Made by a program: the position numbers and the translations under genes. A stretch of 64,000 nucleotides of DNA, from the IMG/VR virus record IMGVR_UViG_3300048881_000698, positions 121,279-185,278 of that record; one strand, written 5' to 3'. The stretch is from a virus. Taxonomy: Duplodnaviria > Caudoviricetes. The notes under the pieces are model-generated. The model was not told the DNA's origin. It saw nothing but the letters and a program-made list of their open reading frames with translations, and did no database searches. Below, piece by piece: positions 1-10,186 of this stretch; the stretch's first letter is position 1, and the number at the start of each line of letters is the position of its first letter.

Positions 1-1
1 T

Positions 2-3000
2 GCTTACGTCGAGGACATCTATTGCTGTGGCTTTTTCGCCATCTGCCCTAGAAGTCACAGGTGTGTTTCCAAATGGAGTTGTTGCTCCGCGCCACTCACG
101 GACACTAGATGCTACAGTCCCGCTACTGTTAAGCTGAAAATGGTAGCGCCATGGCAAAGCATTGTAAGCGCTATATTCTTCTGCTGCAGGGTCTAGATAT
201 CCCCTAGTCATTGTGGTAAAATCTCCAGGTGAAGAAAACCGGTTAACAATCAAAAATTCATCTTTTGGCCGTACTGGAAGAGAAAAATCAATATTGATTC
301 CATCAGTTTGTGTTCCTTCCAACCGCAAAGATGGGTTCTCAGAAGCTGACTGTGCTGTAGTGTAATTTTCTCGAAGCCATTTATTATTATAAGTTCTGCC
401 TGACGTTTGAAGGAAATCATAGTTGTGCTGATAGTTTCCTATTTGATTACCAGTAGTTGTTGCCCCTTCTATAGAACCGGTTGAAAGCCTAACATATTTG
501 GTACTTACTGGCCTTTTTGTGTCCTCGCTTATAAACACTCTAGGCAAGGCCATATCTATAGTTCCGTTTAAATTTGAATCTGGTGGATATATTTTCACAT
601 CTTTGTGGACCACGCCGCCTGCAAAATTTACTACGGTCATGCCAGGTCCTGCTTCGGAGCCGCCCAGAGTAATATCCGTATTACCGGCTGGGCCGGCAGT
701 TTTCTGCGTTATGGTTACAGTGGCGGAGCTGTCGTTGGTCGCAGTGAGGTCATCGTGGAGATTGAGAACGGTGGCTATGTGTCCGGCTTGAGTGATGTTA
801 TTAGCTGATCCGCCACTCGCAGTATCGCCAGCAGAGAAAGTTCCGAGCAATGATTCACCAGTGGTATCAGACATGGCGTTGGTGTCTGCGTGAGCGGTGA
901 TTGTCACTGTATCTCCAGCAGTTGTGACAACCGATATGGTATCCTCGGCGCCGGGGTCAGCGAGTACTTGACCAGCGTCTGTAATCGTTATTGTTGCAGT
1001 GGCGGATACAAACGGCCTTAAGTCACTGGCTTGTGTGTCAGCCTCAAACCTAAACTTTTCAGGTCTATCTCTAATGGTATCGAATTCGCCTGTAGATTTT
1101 GGTTGTATGTTCAAATCAACTTTTCTATGGATGGAACCGCCTGACCACTTTTGCGTTGTGTGGCCCTGTAAAGATGTGTTAAGGACTGTAGGTCCAAAAT
1201 CTTTATGTAAATTACCAAAGTTGATGTCTGAGTCTCCTGTACCATGCTGATATATACTAACGATAGTGGGGAGGGTACCCTTCGCGCTTCCATAATCAGA
1301 TGATTTATCGGCGTTGTTTTCTATTTCAAACAAAAGTCTAGTCTTGTGTCCCGATCTGAGAATATTGTAGGATGGATCAAACTGGGGGCGGGCACGATCA
1401 TATGGCCTGTCCTCTTCGGCAAGATGAGAAGTGCCGGCTTTAATAGTTATGTATTTTTGTATACTAGGGGGATTTATTGTACCATCTGGTCTAAGGCTTT
1501 GGGGAAATTCTCTTATCGTATGTTCTGCCGAATTATCCCCTGATCTTAATGAGGTCGCAACTCTTGCTCTAAATCTATATTGACTTTGTCCTCTTGGAGT
1601 GGGAAACTGAGAGTTTAAACGTCTTATTCCTGTATTTGTGTGAACCGGTTTTGTTGAATTAAATATTCTTCGTCTAGACTCATCAACTGCAGCGTCTCCA
1701 GAAGACTGTTCTTCTATCTCGTCTGCACCCAACGTTCTCCACCACGCGCGACTATTCGCTTGTGTTTTGGAGCTTCCCTGCATTGCTGGCGCAAATTTAT
1801 TCTTTTCATCTTCTTCACGGGGCGCTGAATTTCCTCGTTCACCTTTCGCGGCAGCTTCGGCCCAAGCCGAATTGCCCTCAATGCGGCCTTCAGGTTGGGC
1901 AGACGCCAAAAGACCCATATTCCTATCTTCAATCGTGGGATATTTATTAGCATATTTATTTCTTTCTAAAATATGACTCTCGACGACTGTCCTTAACTTA
2001 TTTGAAAAAGCTGCTGATGCAGGAAAAAGCTGTTCAAGTATATCATTAACAGCCTCGTCAATCCATTTATAATATTCAATATATTTGTCTAAATCTGGAG
2101 TATTCCTAACTTTTTGGAAAAACATATGTCTTATTTTCGCCATCCTCTTGTAAGAAAGACGATATCGATTTTGCGGCTCTCCGATCAAGTTATTGAAATC
2201 TTTAATTGTTGCAAAGAAATTCAACATTTCTTCAGAAACGGTGCGATACATACTTTTTTCTGCAGCAAAGTAAAAACTTTCTGGCCTTGTATCACTTTCA
2301 AAATGAATATCATCGCTACTAAGCACTTTAATCATGTCAGAGCTGTTAAGGTGCTCGGGTAAAAGTTGTCTTGCAGTACTTATGTATTCTATGTCCGCAA
2401 CATCTGTGTTTGATATTGGAAAGTCATAGCCCAAGCCAGTGTGGCGATACCCAGTAATAGCTCCAATCGGACCAAAATCGTTTTGTTTTCTTACAGCACT
2501 TCCATCGGAAGTAGTAAAATGTATAGACCCGGAAGAGAAGTCGGAGACCTTAAATTCACCACTTGAATCTGAGCCCGTCACTTGATTAAAGTCCCAATGA
2601 AGAGCAAGAGTGTCCATTTGTGGTATGAATCCAAGTGAACTTGTAAGAACTAAACCGCCTGCTGAATCGGCCGGGAAATCCTCAGCTACATACGCAGCTT
2701 CAAAAAGATGAGCACTTTCATATGGGTGCTCTGTTCCAAAATTTAACACGTCTCTCGCATGTGCATCGATAACATTGTTTGGAAGATAATCCATCCACAC
2801 TCTTGCTGAGCCTACTTTGATGTCAGAAGTTTGCAACACTGTTCCGGAAAAGTCAGTCCTATGAGCCCCAACAAAAATTCTTTTTGATTTGTTAAGAAAG
2901 GCATCGCCAGCAACTTTTGTCAAAGAAGCTGTTAACAAAAAACTATTTTGTTTTATATCGGCTGCCGTATTGACGCCATAAAACTCAACATTGTAAGACG

Positions 3001-6000
3001 GCTGAACCGCGGGAGCTGTTGGAGAAGTTTCTAAGTAACTTCCGCTGATTCCTGGCGACCATGGATAATTTTCAGGCCTAATCTTTATCGCAAAATCCCA
3101 TTTTTCGTTGTCATAGACATTATAAAACAAAGAACTAGATAATTCTGGCATAAAGCCGCCGGCAGAACCGGTTAAAATAAACTTAACGTTGGTAGAGTCT
3201 TCTTTATCTCTAGCTGCGAAAATCTGAAAATTTGCTAGATTGTCTTTTGACCACCCAAGATTTTGCGCGGGATAAGTACCGCCAAAGCTTGTCGCTGTAA
3301 TTCCTCCGTTGATTGTTAATGCGTCGGCATCGCCGGCCTCAACGGCGGGGATTGTTGTATTTGCCGCGGGAGAGCCAGCAGCGACGCTCATTTGTGAGAC
3401 TGTTATCGTATCGTTTGTGTTGGTGACAGTGCTGATTGTTGTAGTTAGTTTACCTGCGTGCCCATTAGCAGACTCAATAGCCTCTTTGAATTGTGCTGTA
3501 TATGCGCTAATTGTACTGTAACCTGCCAATTGAATGTGAGTATAGCCATAACCAGTGCCACCTGTGCTTTGTGGCCCAGCTCTATAAATTGCATACTCGA
3601 CAGACGTGCCATCAGCTGATACAAGCGTAAATCGCATTGAACCATCGTTCCCATAATCAGTTATTGTGTCCGACAGCAGTTTCATTGATGCAGTTGAATC
3701 TTGTATCGCTCTTTTTGCCGAATGCACGCCTCCAATTGAAGATGATAAGCCTGGATAAGGATAGGCAAATTTAGAAAATGTACTTTTTGTTTTTGGGAAC
3801 AAAGTCCCATATTCAAAAGTTATTCCTACTCCTCGCTCTTTAAATGGTGTGACCACATCAACTGCGGTATCATCAGTGCCGCCAGACTCTTCATATGAAC
3901 CAGCTGACCCAGATATATAAGATATTGAATTTGTTATATCTTCATCCTGAAACTGAAATACGCATGCACTATTTCTAGACGGATGATTAAAATCTATGTA
4001 TTTCTTCTTTGTATCTGTATATCTTACCTTTTCTTCAAATTTATAACTAACGTTGTTGCCATAAATATTCAAGTTGATTAGTTCGTCATCTACACCAAAA
4101 CACCTAACAAGATTTCGAAAAGATTTTTCAGTACCCTTTGTTTTGGCAATATATGATAAATTATTATAAATGTTTTGATAAATTAGATTCTTGACTTTGT
4201 GTAAAGAATTTTCAAATAGGACTTTTTCACCTCGATCCAAAAATTCCTCAAACACACTTGAGTTGACAAATAGATCAGGAGTTACAATACCAACATTTTC
4301 TAACAATCGGTTGCTAAAGGGTATCGGTTCATGGCTGCCACTAGTATAAATTGGTTCTTTAATGTTTGGCAACTCTTTTATCTGTACTGCTAATGTGTCA
4401 AAATAGCTTGCCATAATTTGAGTTAATTTAACAAGCTCTGAGCCATTTTTATCATCTTCAGAAGTTATCCATTCCGGGAGACTTCTATAAATCGCACCAT
4501 TATTTGTATAATCATGTTCTCGTCCGACGCCAGTTTTTTCTTCTAAGAGTGCTTTAACTTTGGGATGAGATGGATATATAATTGGATCTTTAAATTCCGT
4601 TACAGAAGCACTTGATTCTACGATAGCAGAGCCAGTATTTCTGGAATTTGAAGTATACCCTTTCCAATAACCATTCGAGAGCCTTCCGGAATAATCTAAA
4701 ACTCTTTCATCGGCAGAGGTTTTTCCAGTAATGCCTTCATTAAATTTAAAATAAACTCCTAAATCAGTATTTGCATCATCAACATTTGCGCCGCCGCCGA
4801 CTTGACTACGATAAAATCTACCAATTTCTTCTGCATTTCTTCTCGCTTTCCAATATCTGAACTCGTCAATTGAACCTGAAAGTTTTCCATAACCAGCAGG
4901 TTCGGCGCCGGTGATCGTTCTGAACGCACCGAGCATACCCAGCATAGATCCAGAATTTGAACATTGCGCAGGAATAACCTCATTTATGATCCCAGTGCCG
5001 CCAGTAAATCTTGTCTCCCCAACGTCCTCATTTATTGTTAACGCATCTTCATCGGCTCCTGTAATGGCAGGGATTGCTGTGTTTCCGTCCCGGCCTTTTG
5101 TAACTTGTGTAATCGTAATCGTATCGTTTGTGTTGGTGACAGTACTGATTGTTGCAGTTAGTTTGCCTGCGTGCCCATTAGCAGACTCAATAGCCTCTTT
5201 GAATTGTGCTGTATATGCGCTAATTGTACTGTAACCTGCCAATTGAATGTGAGTATAGCCATAACCAGTGCCGCCGGTGCTTTGTGGTCCAGCTCTATAA
5301 ATTGCATACTCGACAGACGTACCATCAGCTGATACAAGTGTGAACCGCATAGAGCCGTCGGTTCCGTAAGCGACGCTTTCATCGTTCTTAAGCGTCATTG
5401 TTGCTGTAGCTGCATCGTTAATTGATTGTTTCTCTCTGAATGACCCATCAAAATATAGCTCTGTTTCCATCGCGGTTCCACTGTTCTTCAATGTTAAAGC
5501 ATAATGATGCCACTTATTATCAATCATCTCTGAATTTGTAAGAGATGTGTAGAGGGCGGAGCCTGTCACAGAACCTGATTGGTAAAATAAGAAAAGCGGG
5601 GTTGCTGTGTCAGAGGTATCTGCCGTCAAAAGGTCCACGACTAATCTACCGTAATGTTTATCGGCGGATGGGCTGCCGTTCCACAGGTCGAATATGCACT
5701 CTTCTGCGGTTTCATTTTCGTCATCTGCTAAAGCTTCTTTTTTCATCCAAAATTCAACTGTTAAGCCATGACTAGCACTATATTGTAAATTAGATTGTCT
5801 ATGTTTAGTCTTATCATAAACATTTGCTCCATAAGAGCCGGAATATCTGTGCTTGATATCAGGAAATATTTTTTTAATATCTTTGTTATTAGGATCCTTA
5901 TGTGGGCCGCCTTCGAAAGAAATATATTCAATGTCGGCTGCAATGGGCAGACCAATATATCCTGCGCCCGCATCTATGCCAGCCCCATCTTTGGTTCCCC

Positions 6001-6367
6001 AACCTCCGGGTGAAAAAACAGCATATCCATTTGTTCGTGGATACTCCTTCTCAAAAAGATATAAATCTAAGTAAGAGGAGCTATTTTCCCATGCTACTTT
6101 TTCATAAAGTGAGCCATCATAAGGATAAGTTTTCCAAATTCTTGTAATGGATTGCTCATAATATTCTTCAGCAGAACCAAATCTTGCAAAATTTTCCGGC
6201 TTAGTAAAGTCTATTTTTGGAAAAACTCTATCTTTCTTTTTTATACGTTCTTCAAGGTAGCGCTTAGATTCTGCCTGTTTACCAACTTCATCCGTACTTG
6301 AAATAGGCAAAACTTTTTTGGCTTTTGTGTCTTGAAAAAGTTCTTTAATTTTGTGATTTTTGCCCAT
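2..6367 (-). CDS. Very large virion structural (baseplate/tail) protein with LamG/ConA-like domain(s); >2120 aa, 3' end runs off the window; not in the ORF track
   Basis: ATG at 6367, just downstream of the stop of 6370..8373. Manual translation begins MGKNHKIKELFQD and the frame is still open at position 2. Contains LamG-type motifs (TVEFWMK, WHHYALT, LYFDG, GSIDEFRYW) and a wedge-like motif (IAKTKGTEKSFRNLVRCFG). Confidence 0.85.
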   Translation of the reverse strand, partial: MGKNHKIKELFQDTKAKKVLPISSTDEVGKQAESKRYLEERIKKKDRVFPKIDFTKPENFARFGSAEEYYEQSITRIWKTYPYDGSLYEKVAWENSSSYLDLYLFEKEYPRTNGYAVFSPGGWGTKDGAGIDAGAGYIGLPIAADIEYISFEGGPHKDPNNKDIKKIFPDIKHRYSGSYGANVYDKTKHRQSNLQYSASHGLTVEFWMKKEALADDENETAEECIFDLWNGSPSADKHYGRLVVDLLTADTSDTATPLFLFYQSGSVTGSALYTSLTNSEMIDNKWHHYALTLKNSGTAMETELYFDGSFREKQSINDAATATMTLKNDESVAYGTDGSMRFTLVSADGTSVEYAIYRAGPQSTGGTGYGYTHIQLAGYSTISAYTAQFKEAIESANGHAGKLTATISTVTNTNDTITITQVTKGRDGNTAIPAITGADEDALTINEDVGETRFTGGTGIINEVIPAQCSNSGSMLGMLGAFRTITGAEPAGYGKLSGSIDEFRYWKARRNAEEIGRFYRSQVGGGANVDDANTDLGVYFKFNEGITGKTSADERVLDYSGRLSNGYWKGYTSNSRNTGSAIVESSASVTEFKDPIIYPSHPKVKALLEEKTGVGREHDYTNNGAIYRSLPEWITSEDDKNGSELVKLTQIMASYFDTLAVQIKELPNIKEPIYTSGSHEPIPFSNRLLENVGIVTPDLFVNSSVFEEFLDRGEKVLFENSLHKVKNLIYQNIYNNLSYIAKTKGTEKSFRNLVRCFGVDDELINLNIYGNNVSYKFEEKVRYTDTKKKYIDFNHPSRNSACVFQFQDEDITNSISYISGSAGSYEESGGTDDTAVDVVTPFKERGVGITFEYGTLFPKTKSTFSKFAYPYPGLSSSIGGVHSAKRAIQDSTASMKLLSDTITDYGNDGSMRFTLVSADGTSVEYAIYRAGPQSTGGTGYGYTHIQLAGYSTISAYTAQFKEAIESANGHAGKLTTTISTVTNTNDTITVSQMSVAAGSPAANTTIPAVEAGDADALTINGGITATSFGGTYPAQNLGWSKDNLANFQIFAARDKEDSTNVKFILTGSAGGFMPELSSSLFYNVYDNEKWDFAIKIRPENYPWSPGISGSYLETSPTAPAVQPSYNVEFYGVNTAADIKQNSFLLTASLTKVAGDAFLNKSKRIFVGAHRTDFSGTVLQTSDIKVGSARVWMDYLPNNVIDAHARDVLNFGTEHPYESAHLFEAAYVAEDFPADSAGGLVLTSSLGFIPQMDTLALHWDFNQVTGSDSSGEFKVSDFSSGSIHFTTSDGSAVRKQNDFGPIGAITGYRHTGLGYDFPISNTDVADIEYISTARQLLPEHLNSSDMIKVLSSDDIHFESDTRPESFYFAAEKSMYRTVSEEMLNFFATIKDFNNLIGEPQNRYRLSYKRMAKIRHMFFQKVRNTPDLDKYIEYYKWIDEAVNDILEQLFPASAAFSNKLRTVVESHILERNKYANKYPTIEDRNMGLLASAQPEGRIEGNSAWAEAAAKGERGNSAPREEDEKNKFAPAMQGSSKTQANSRAWWRTLGADEIEEQSSGDAAVDESRRRIFNSTKPVHTNTGIRRLNSQFPTPRGQSQYRFRARVATSLRSGDNSAEHTIREFPQSLRPDGTINPPSIQKYITIKAGTSHLAEEDRPYDRARPQFDPSYNILRSGHKTRLLFEIENNADKSSDYGSAKGTLPTIVSIYQHGTGDSDINFGNLHKDFGPTVLNTSLQGHTTQKWSGGSIHRKVDLNIQPKSTGEFDTIRDRPEKFRFEADTQASDLRPFVSATATITITDAGQVLADPGAEDTISVVTTAGDTVTITAHADTNAMSDTTGESLLGTFSAGDTASGGSANNITQAGHIATVLNLHDDLTATNDSSATVTITQKTAGPAGNTDITLGGSEAGPGMTVVNFAGGVVHKDVKIYPPDSNLNGTIDMALPRVFISEDTKRPVSTKYVRLSTGSIEGATTTGNQIGNYQHNYDFLQTSGRTYNNKWLRENYTTAQSASENPSLRLEGTQTDGINIDFSLPVRPKDEFLIVNRFSSPGDFTTMTRGYLDPAAEEYSAYNALPWRYHFQLNSSGTVASSVREWRGATTPFGNTPVTSRADGEKATAIDVLDVS
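614..1003 (-). repeat. Diverged in-frame inserted module (ATATIT...TVTITQ...GNT...FAGG), copy D
   Basis: Translation ATATITITDAGQ...IATVLNLHDDLTATNDSSATVTITQKTAGPAGNTDI...NFAGG has the same start, end and TxTITQ/GNT motifs as the three close copies, but little DNA identity. Confidence 0.6.
3278..3697 (-). repeat. Inserted ~140 aa module, copy A
   Basis: 3453-3559 is identical (107 bp) to 5166-5272; 3302-3362 is identical (61 bp) to 7558-7618. Confidence 0.95.
4997..5413 (-). repeat. Inserted ~139 aa module, copy B (inside the LamG domain)
   Basis: AATATMTLK...MRFTLVSADGTSVEYAIYRAGPQSTGGTGYGYTHIQLAGYSTISAYTAQFKEAIESANGHAGKL...RFTGG, lying between the LamG motifs LYFDG and GSIDEFRYW. Confidence 0.95.
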
Positions 6368-6369
6368 TT

Positions 6370-8373
6370 TTACTCAACTCGAAATTTAAATTCTTCAATT
6401 TGTTCTGACCAATCGTTGTTAACGTAATACGCTAATTTAATTTTATATGCATATCCCTCCTCTAACAGCCCCATATCAAGATCAAAATAACTTCCGGAAA
6501 CATCATAAGAAAATTGAGTATATAACTCATTAGTAGAACTTCCGGTCCCATATGCTACTACATCAAGGTTGTCTATAGCTCTGATCACTTTAAAAGACCC
6601 ACTTTCGATAGTTACGTTTTGCGTGGCACTAGATGCTTTGGTGTAAATGTTTGGATTCCAATTTTTCTCCCGCACAAACAATCTAAAAAGTGGTGTTTCA
6701 GTTCTAGAATACGTTGACTTTAAATTTCTTATAGTTGTTGCATACTCAGGACTAGGATTGGTATTCGAAGTAACTACATCCTTTAAATATATTGAACCAG
6801 TATGGTATTGAACATATCCAGTTTGAGTACGTTCTGCAGTGTTGCTCCACACATCATATGCCTCAGTTAGTGAAGATCTAGACCCAGTTAAAGCAAAAGA
6901 GGCAGAATAAATTCCAGTAGAAACATGGCCGCCTGTAACATATGTTGGGTACCCGACCTGGGAATCGATAGAAGCCGTAACTCCCCCTCCTTGAGGCAGT
7001 CTTATTGAAGAAGTGGAAGGTGAATTATTTCCCACATTGCCAGAATATATCATGACATAAATTGCGCCCGTGCCGACATCAGGGATATTTTGAAGTTTTC
7101 CTCTAACATAATTATAAAAATAAATTGTATTCAGATTATCTACCTGAGGCGCTAGCGAACTACTGTAATAAAAATTATTTCTGTCATCTTTTTTCGCAGA
7201 ATTCCAACGAGCCTCAATCATCGGCCGCTTATAAAAAAATTCTGATGTTCTAGAAAAGAACTTTTTTGTATAGTTGGATGATTTAGAGCCAGTGGTATTT
7301 TGATATGTAAATGAGTCATCGTCCGATCTTTCTACCCATGCTTCTAGAGAACTTGTTAAAGCAATAGCAAATCCATTATTTGCATACGTCCCAGCTAACC
7401 AATCTTCTACTTGTCTAGTCACATCAACTTCTAAATCTTCAGGCCCTGCATTAAAAGTTACAACCTCCGATAAGCCATATAGATCTTGCTGATTTCTTGC
7501 AACTGCTCCGGGAACGGCCCACAAGCCATCGCCGCCTGTAAAACTTGTCGCTGTAACTCCTCCGTTGATTGTTAATGCGTCGGCATCGCCGGCCTCAACG
7601 GCGGGGATTGTTGTATTTCCACCTGTGCCTTTCGAAACTTGCGTGATTGTTATCGTATCGTTTGTGTTGGTGACAGTGCTGATTGTTGTGGTTAGTTTGC
7701 CTGCATGCCCATTAGCAGATTCGATGGCTTCTTTGAATTGTGCCGAATATGCACTAATTGTACTGTAGCCTGCCAATTGAATGTGAGTGTAACCATAACC
7801 GGTACCACCTGTACTTTGTGGCCCAGCTCTGTAAATTGCGTATTCAACAGATGTGCCATCAGTTGATACAAGCGTAAATCGCATTGAACCATCGTTCCCA
7901 TAATCAGTTATTGTATCTGTTTTAAGTGTCATTGTTGCCGTAGCTGTATCAAAGTTGCTTGTAGCGTTAACCCAATTTGCACCGGCTATATTATCTTTTG
8001 TTTCGTCTCGATAATTTTCCATATCAAGGCCAATCCCCTCCTCCCAATCTGCATCCAAGGGGGTCGCAACCAATTTATAATCACGTGGAACAGTGAAAGC
8101 ATGTTTACAATTGAACAGGCGCAGATAAAAACTGACACTTCCACTGGCGGGGATCGTTTCAGCTGTCCGATCAACGGCTATATCCGCTGTTGGGAACTTG
8201 ACTAAAATTCTTGATAATTCTGCTGAAGATGATGCAGCTTGACCGTATATAGAAAATACTTCTAATACATCAGAAGCGCCCATATTTGAGCCCGTACCTC
8301 TTGTGGTCAAATTTGACTTATATGCATTAGTAATGGTTGTGTCAGCATTGGCTATATATCTTTTAATCCCCAC
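6370..8373 (-). CDS. Virion structural protein (DNRLRE-like N-terminal domain) carrying module copy C
   Basis: 667 aa, GTG start. N-terminus ADTTITNAY...NMGASDVLEV...SRILVKF and WEEGIG resemble DNRLRE-type domains; located within the baseplate block. Confidence 0.7.
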   Translation of the reverse strand: MGIKRYIANADTTITNAYKSNLTTRGTGSNMGASDVLEVFSIYGQAASSSAELSRILVKFPTADIAVDRTAETIPASGSVSFYLRLFNCKHAFTVPRDYKLVATPLDADWEEGIGLDMENYRDETKDNIAGANWVNATSNFDTATATMTLKTDTITDYGNDGSMRFTLVSTDGTSVEYAIYRAGPQSTGGTGYGYTHIQLAGYSTISAYSAQFKEAIESANGHAGKLTTTISTVTNTNDTITITQVSKGTGGNTTIPAVEAGDADALTINGGVTATSFTGGDGLWAVPGAVARNQQDLYGLSEVVTFNAGPEDLEVDVTRQVEDWLAGTYANNGFAIALTSSLEAWVERSDDDSFTYQNTTGSKSSNYTKKFFSRTSEFFYKRPMIEARWNSAKKDDRNNFYYSSSLAPQVDNLNTIYFYNYVRGKLQNIPDVGTGAIYVMIYSGNVGNNSPSTSSIRLPQGGGVTASIDSQVGYPTYVTGGHVSTGIYSASFALTGSRSSLTEAYDVWSNTAERTQTGYVQYHTGSIYLKDVVTSNTNPSPEYATTIRNLKSTYSRTETPLFRLFVREKNWNPNIYTKASSATQNVTIESGSFKVIRAIDNLDVVAYGTGSSTNELYTQFSYDVSGSYFDLDMGLLEEGYAYKIKLAYYVNNDWSEQIEEFKFRVE
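7531..7947 (-). repeat. Inserted ~139 aa module, copy C
   Basis: TATATMTLKTDTITDYGNDGSMRFTLVSTDGT...ATSFTGG is a near-identical protein to copies A and B, with mostly synonymous DNA differences in the core. Confidence 0.95.
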
Positions 8374-10161
8374 TTATTTTATAACTCCTTTGATATCAAC
8401 AGAAGGATATTTAAATTCTACTATATGATCTTTTGGTATGAGAAGCTGTGTTCCATCTGAAGATATATAAGAATTTATATCCAAATATGCGTCTGAATAT
8501 TCAGATCCGACTTTATTAACAATTCTAACATCAGTGGCATCAATAACTCCTCTAATGGAATTCAAAATCTTATAAATATCTGTAATAGTGATAGGTTCTC
8601 CTATTTCTCTTGGCATGCTAAACGAGTCTCTTAAAAAACGGTTGCATGAAGAAAGAACATCATACCTGCTAATAGTGTTTTCTGCTTTTATGGCATATTC
8701 TATACCCAAGTTCAATATTTTAGCGTCTAAGATATCAATAGTATCATTTATCATTTTATAGCCGGAAAGCCATATTCTAATATTTTCTTTCAAAGAAGAA
8801 CTGGAGTTTGTCAGTCTGCCGCCCTGATCTTCAGAAATAACATGTAAATTTAAATTTCTTCTAAACGAATCTTTATCTTGAGTTATCGCACATCTTTTCA
8901 CAGCTCCAAACTTAGCTGGCATTGCGTATATCAAAGATAGATAATCTTGCCTTGTAACTGCTCTATTTTGTGAAAAATAATGATTCTTTATTCTTTGTTT
9001 AAGTTCATATGTGCCTGGTAATGTAGTATCTCCAGTGATTGGCTCTTCATTTGTACATTCTAAACTAGCTTCTACGTCGGATATTTTATCTTCATTTAGT
9101 TTAGCTGGATTTGCGAATTCAAAATTTGTTGCAACGGTGATTGATACAGCATCGGTTGAAGCATTAACATTGTCGCTGTCATTTACTCTGTAGACTATGT
9201 GTAAGGAAGTGTTCGTAGGAGAAACTCCAAATTTGTCAGTAGACATCAGCTTTGCAGGATCAAAAGAGCGGTCTGTAACGTGCGTCCTACCATGTACATC
9301 TAGAATAATGTCGGAAGGATCCGCTATTGACTGATTTGTTATTTCAGATTCCGATCCATAACCAAATTGAATATAAGTAAATGTTCTGTCGTGTTCAACA
9401 ACAAATCTTCTAGGAACAATAAAGGGCTTAATCAAGCTGGGTACTTTTATTTTGTCTTCGCCTTTGTTTCTTATTGGCAAATAAATAACATTTTGTGAAA
9501 GATGTTCAACTTCATAATACTCATGACCTTCTGAATCAGTGAGTGAAACAATCTCCGATATTTTGTTATCACCTAATTTAATTTTTTTAAATTTTTCGAA
9601 AGCTCCCACAGTTTTTATATTAGCCCTAATGGTTCCTGATATTACTCTGCCGGCAGATCTAATGGCGTAAGAAGATGGGCTTCCATATTCATTAGTGTTT
9701 GCGACAACGATATCAAGATCTTCATCAGCAAAATCTACATCTTCTATCAAAACAAACGTTGCGCCGTCGCCAGAAGCAAATTGAGATCCTTTTTTAAGAA
9801 TTGGCATATATTTTGTATCAGGTGACCCAGAATTATCTGCCGGTACTGTGATAAAAAAGGATAAAACACCTTGAGAAATATTTGTTGATTTAAATTTATA
9901 TCCAAATTGCTTAGCTAGTTTTATAATATTATCATATTCCGTAGCAGTGTCCAAAAAACACTCATTCGCTTGATAATCTAAATAAAAAGATAAGATATCT
10001 CCTACATAAGCCACCATGTCAACCATCATGGCACCAAATGAAGCTTCGCTAAAGTCTTTAAACGTTTCTGGGTAATATCTTTTAGCATACTCCAACAAGT
10101 CATTTTTGATGGAATCAAAATCTCTACTTGTATATTTTATTGCTGGTATGTTTTTTGGCAT
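8374..10161 (-). CDS. Baseplate wedge subunit (T4 gp6 / baseplate J-like)
   Basis: YTSRDFDSIKNDL, DFSEASFG..VDMVAYVGDILSFYLDYQANE.FLDTA, IQFGYG and SQNRAVTRQDY are hallmark motifs; adjacent to a gp25-like gene. Confidence 0.9.
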   Translation of the reverse strand: MPKNIPAIKYTSRDFDSIKNDLLEYAKRYYPETFKDFSEASFGAMMVDMVAYVGDILSFYLDYQANECFLDTATEYDNIIKLAKQFGYKFKSTNISQGVLSFFITVPADNSGSPDTKYMPILKKGSQFASGDGATFVLIEDVDFADEDLDIVVANTNEYGSPSSYAIRSAGRVISGTIRANIKTVGAFEKFKKIKLGDNKISEIVSLTDSEGHEYYEVEHLSQNVIYLPIRNKGEDKIKVPSLIKPFIVPRRFVVEHDRTFTYIQFGYGSESEITNQSIADPSDIILDVHGRTHVTDRSFDPAKLMSTDKFGVSPTNTSLHIVYRVNDSDNVNASTDAVSITVATNFEFANPAKLNEDKISDVEASLECTNEEPITGDTTLPGTYELKQRIKNHYFSQNRAVTRQDYLSLIYAMPAKFGAVKRCAITQDKDSFRRNLNLHVISEDQGGRLTNSSSSLKENIRIWLSGYKMINDTIDILDAKILNLGIEYAIKAENTISRYDVLSSCNRFLRDSFSMPREIGEPITITDIYKILNSIRGVIDATDVRIVNKVGSEYSDAYLDINSYISSDGTQLLIPKDHIVEFKYPSVDIKGVIK

Positions 10162-10176
10162 TATTAGCCTCCAAGT

Positions 10177-10186
10177 TTAATTAGTT
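10177..10186 (-). promoter_or_regulatory. Candidate phage late-promoter motif (AACTAATTAA) before GGAGG RBS
   Basis: Variant of the CTATTTA(T) motif seen in several other short intergenic gaps. Confidence 0.35.

Noticed and set aside
498-6147. Many short ORFs in the track
   Set aside because: They are antisense or off-frame shadows of the single long minus-strand gene 2..6367; the same applies to most plus-strand ORFs elsewhere.
3278-7947. Diversity-generating retroelement (TR/VR pair)
   Set aside because: Differences between copies are mostly synonymous and not adenine-specific, all copies are coding, and there is no reverse transcriptase in the window.
3278-7947. Inteins
   Set aside because: The modules lack the N-terminal Cys and C-terminal His-Asn splice motifs and any homing endonuclease motif.
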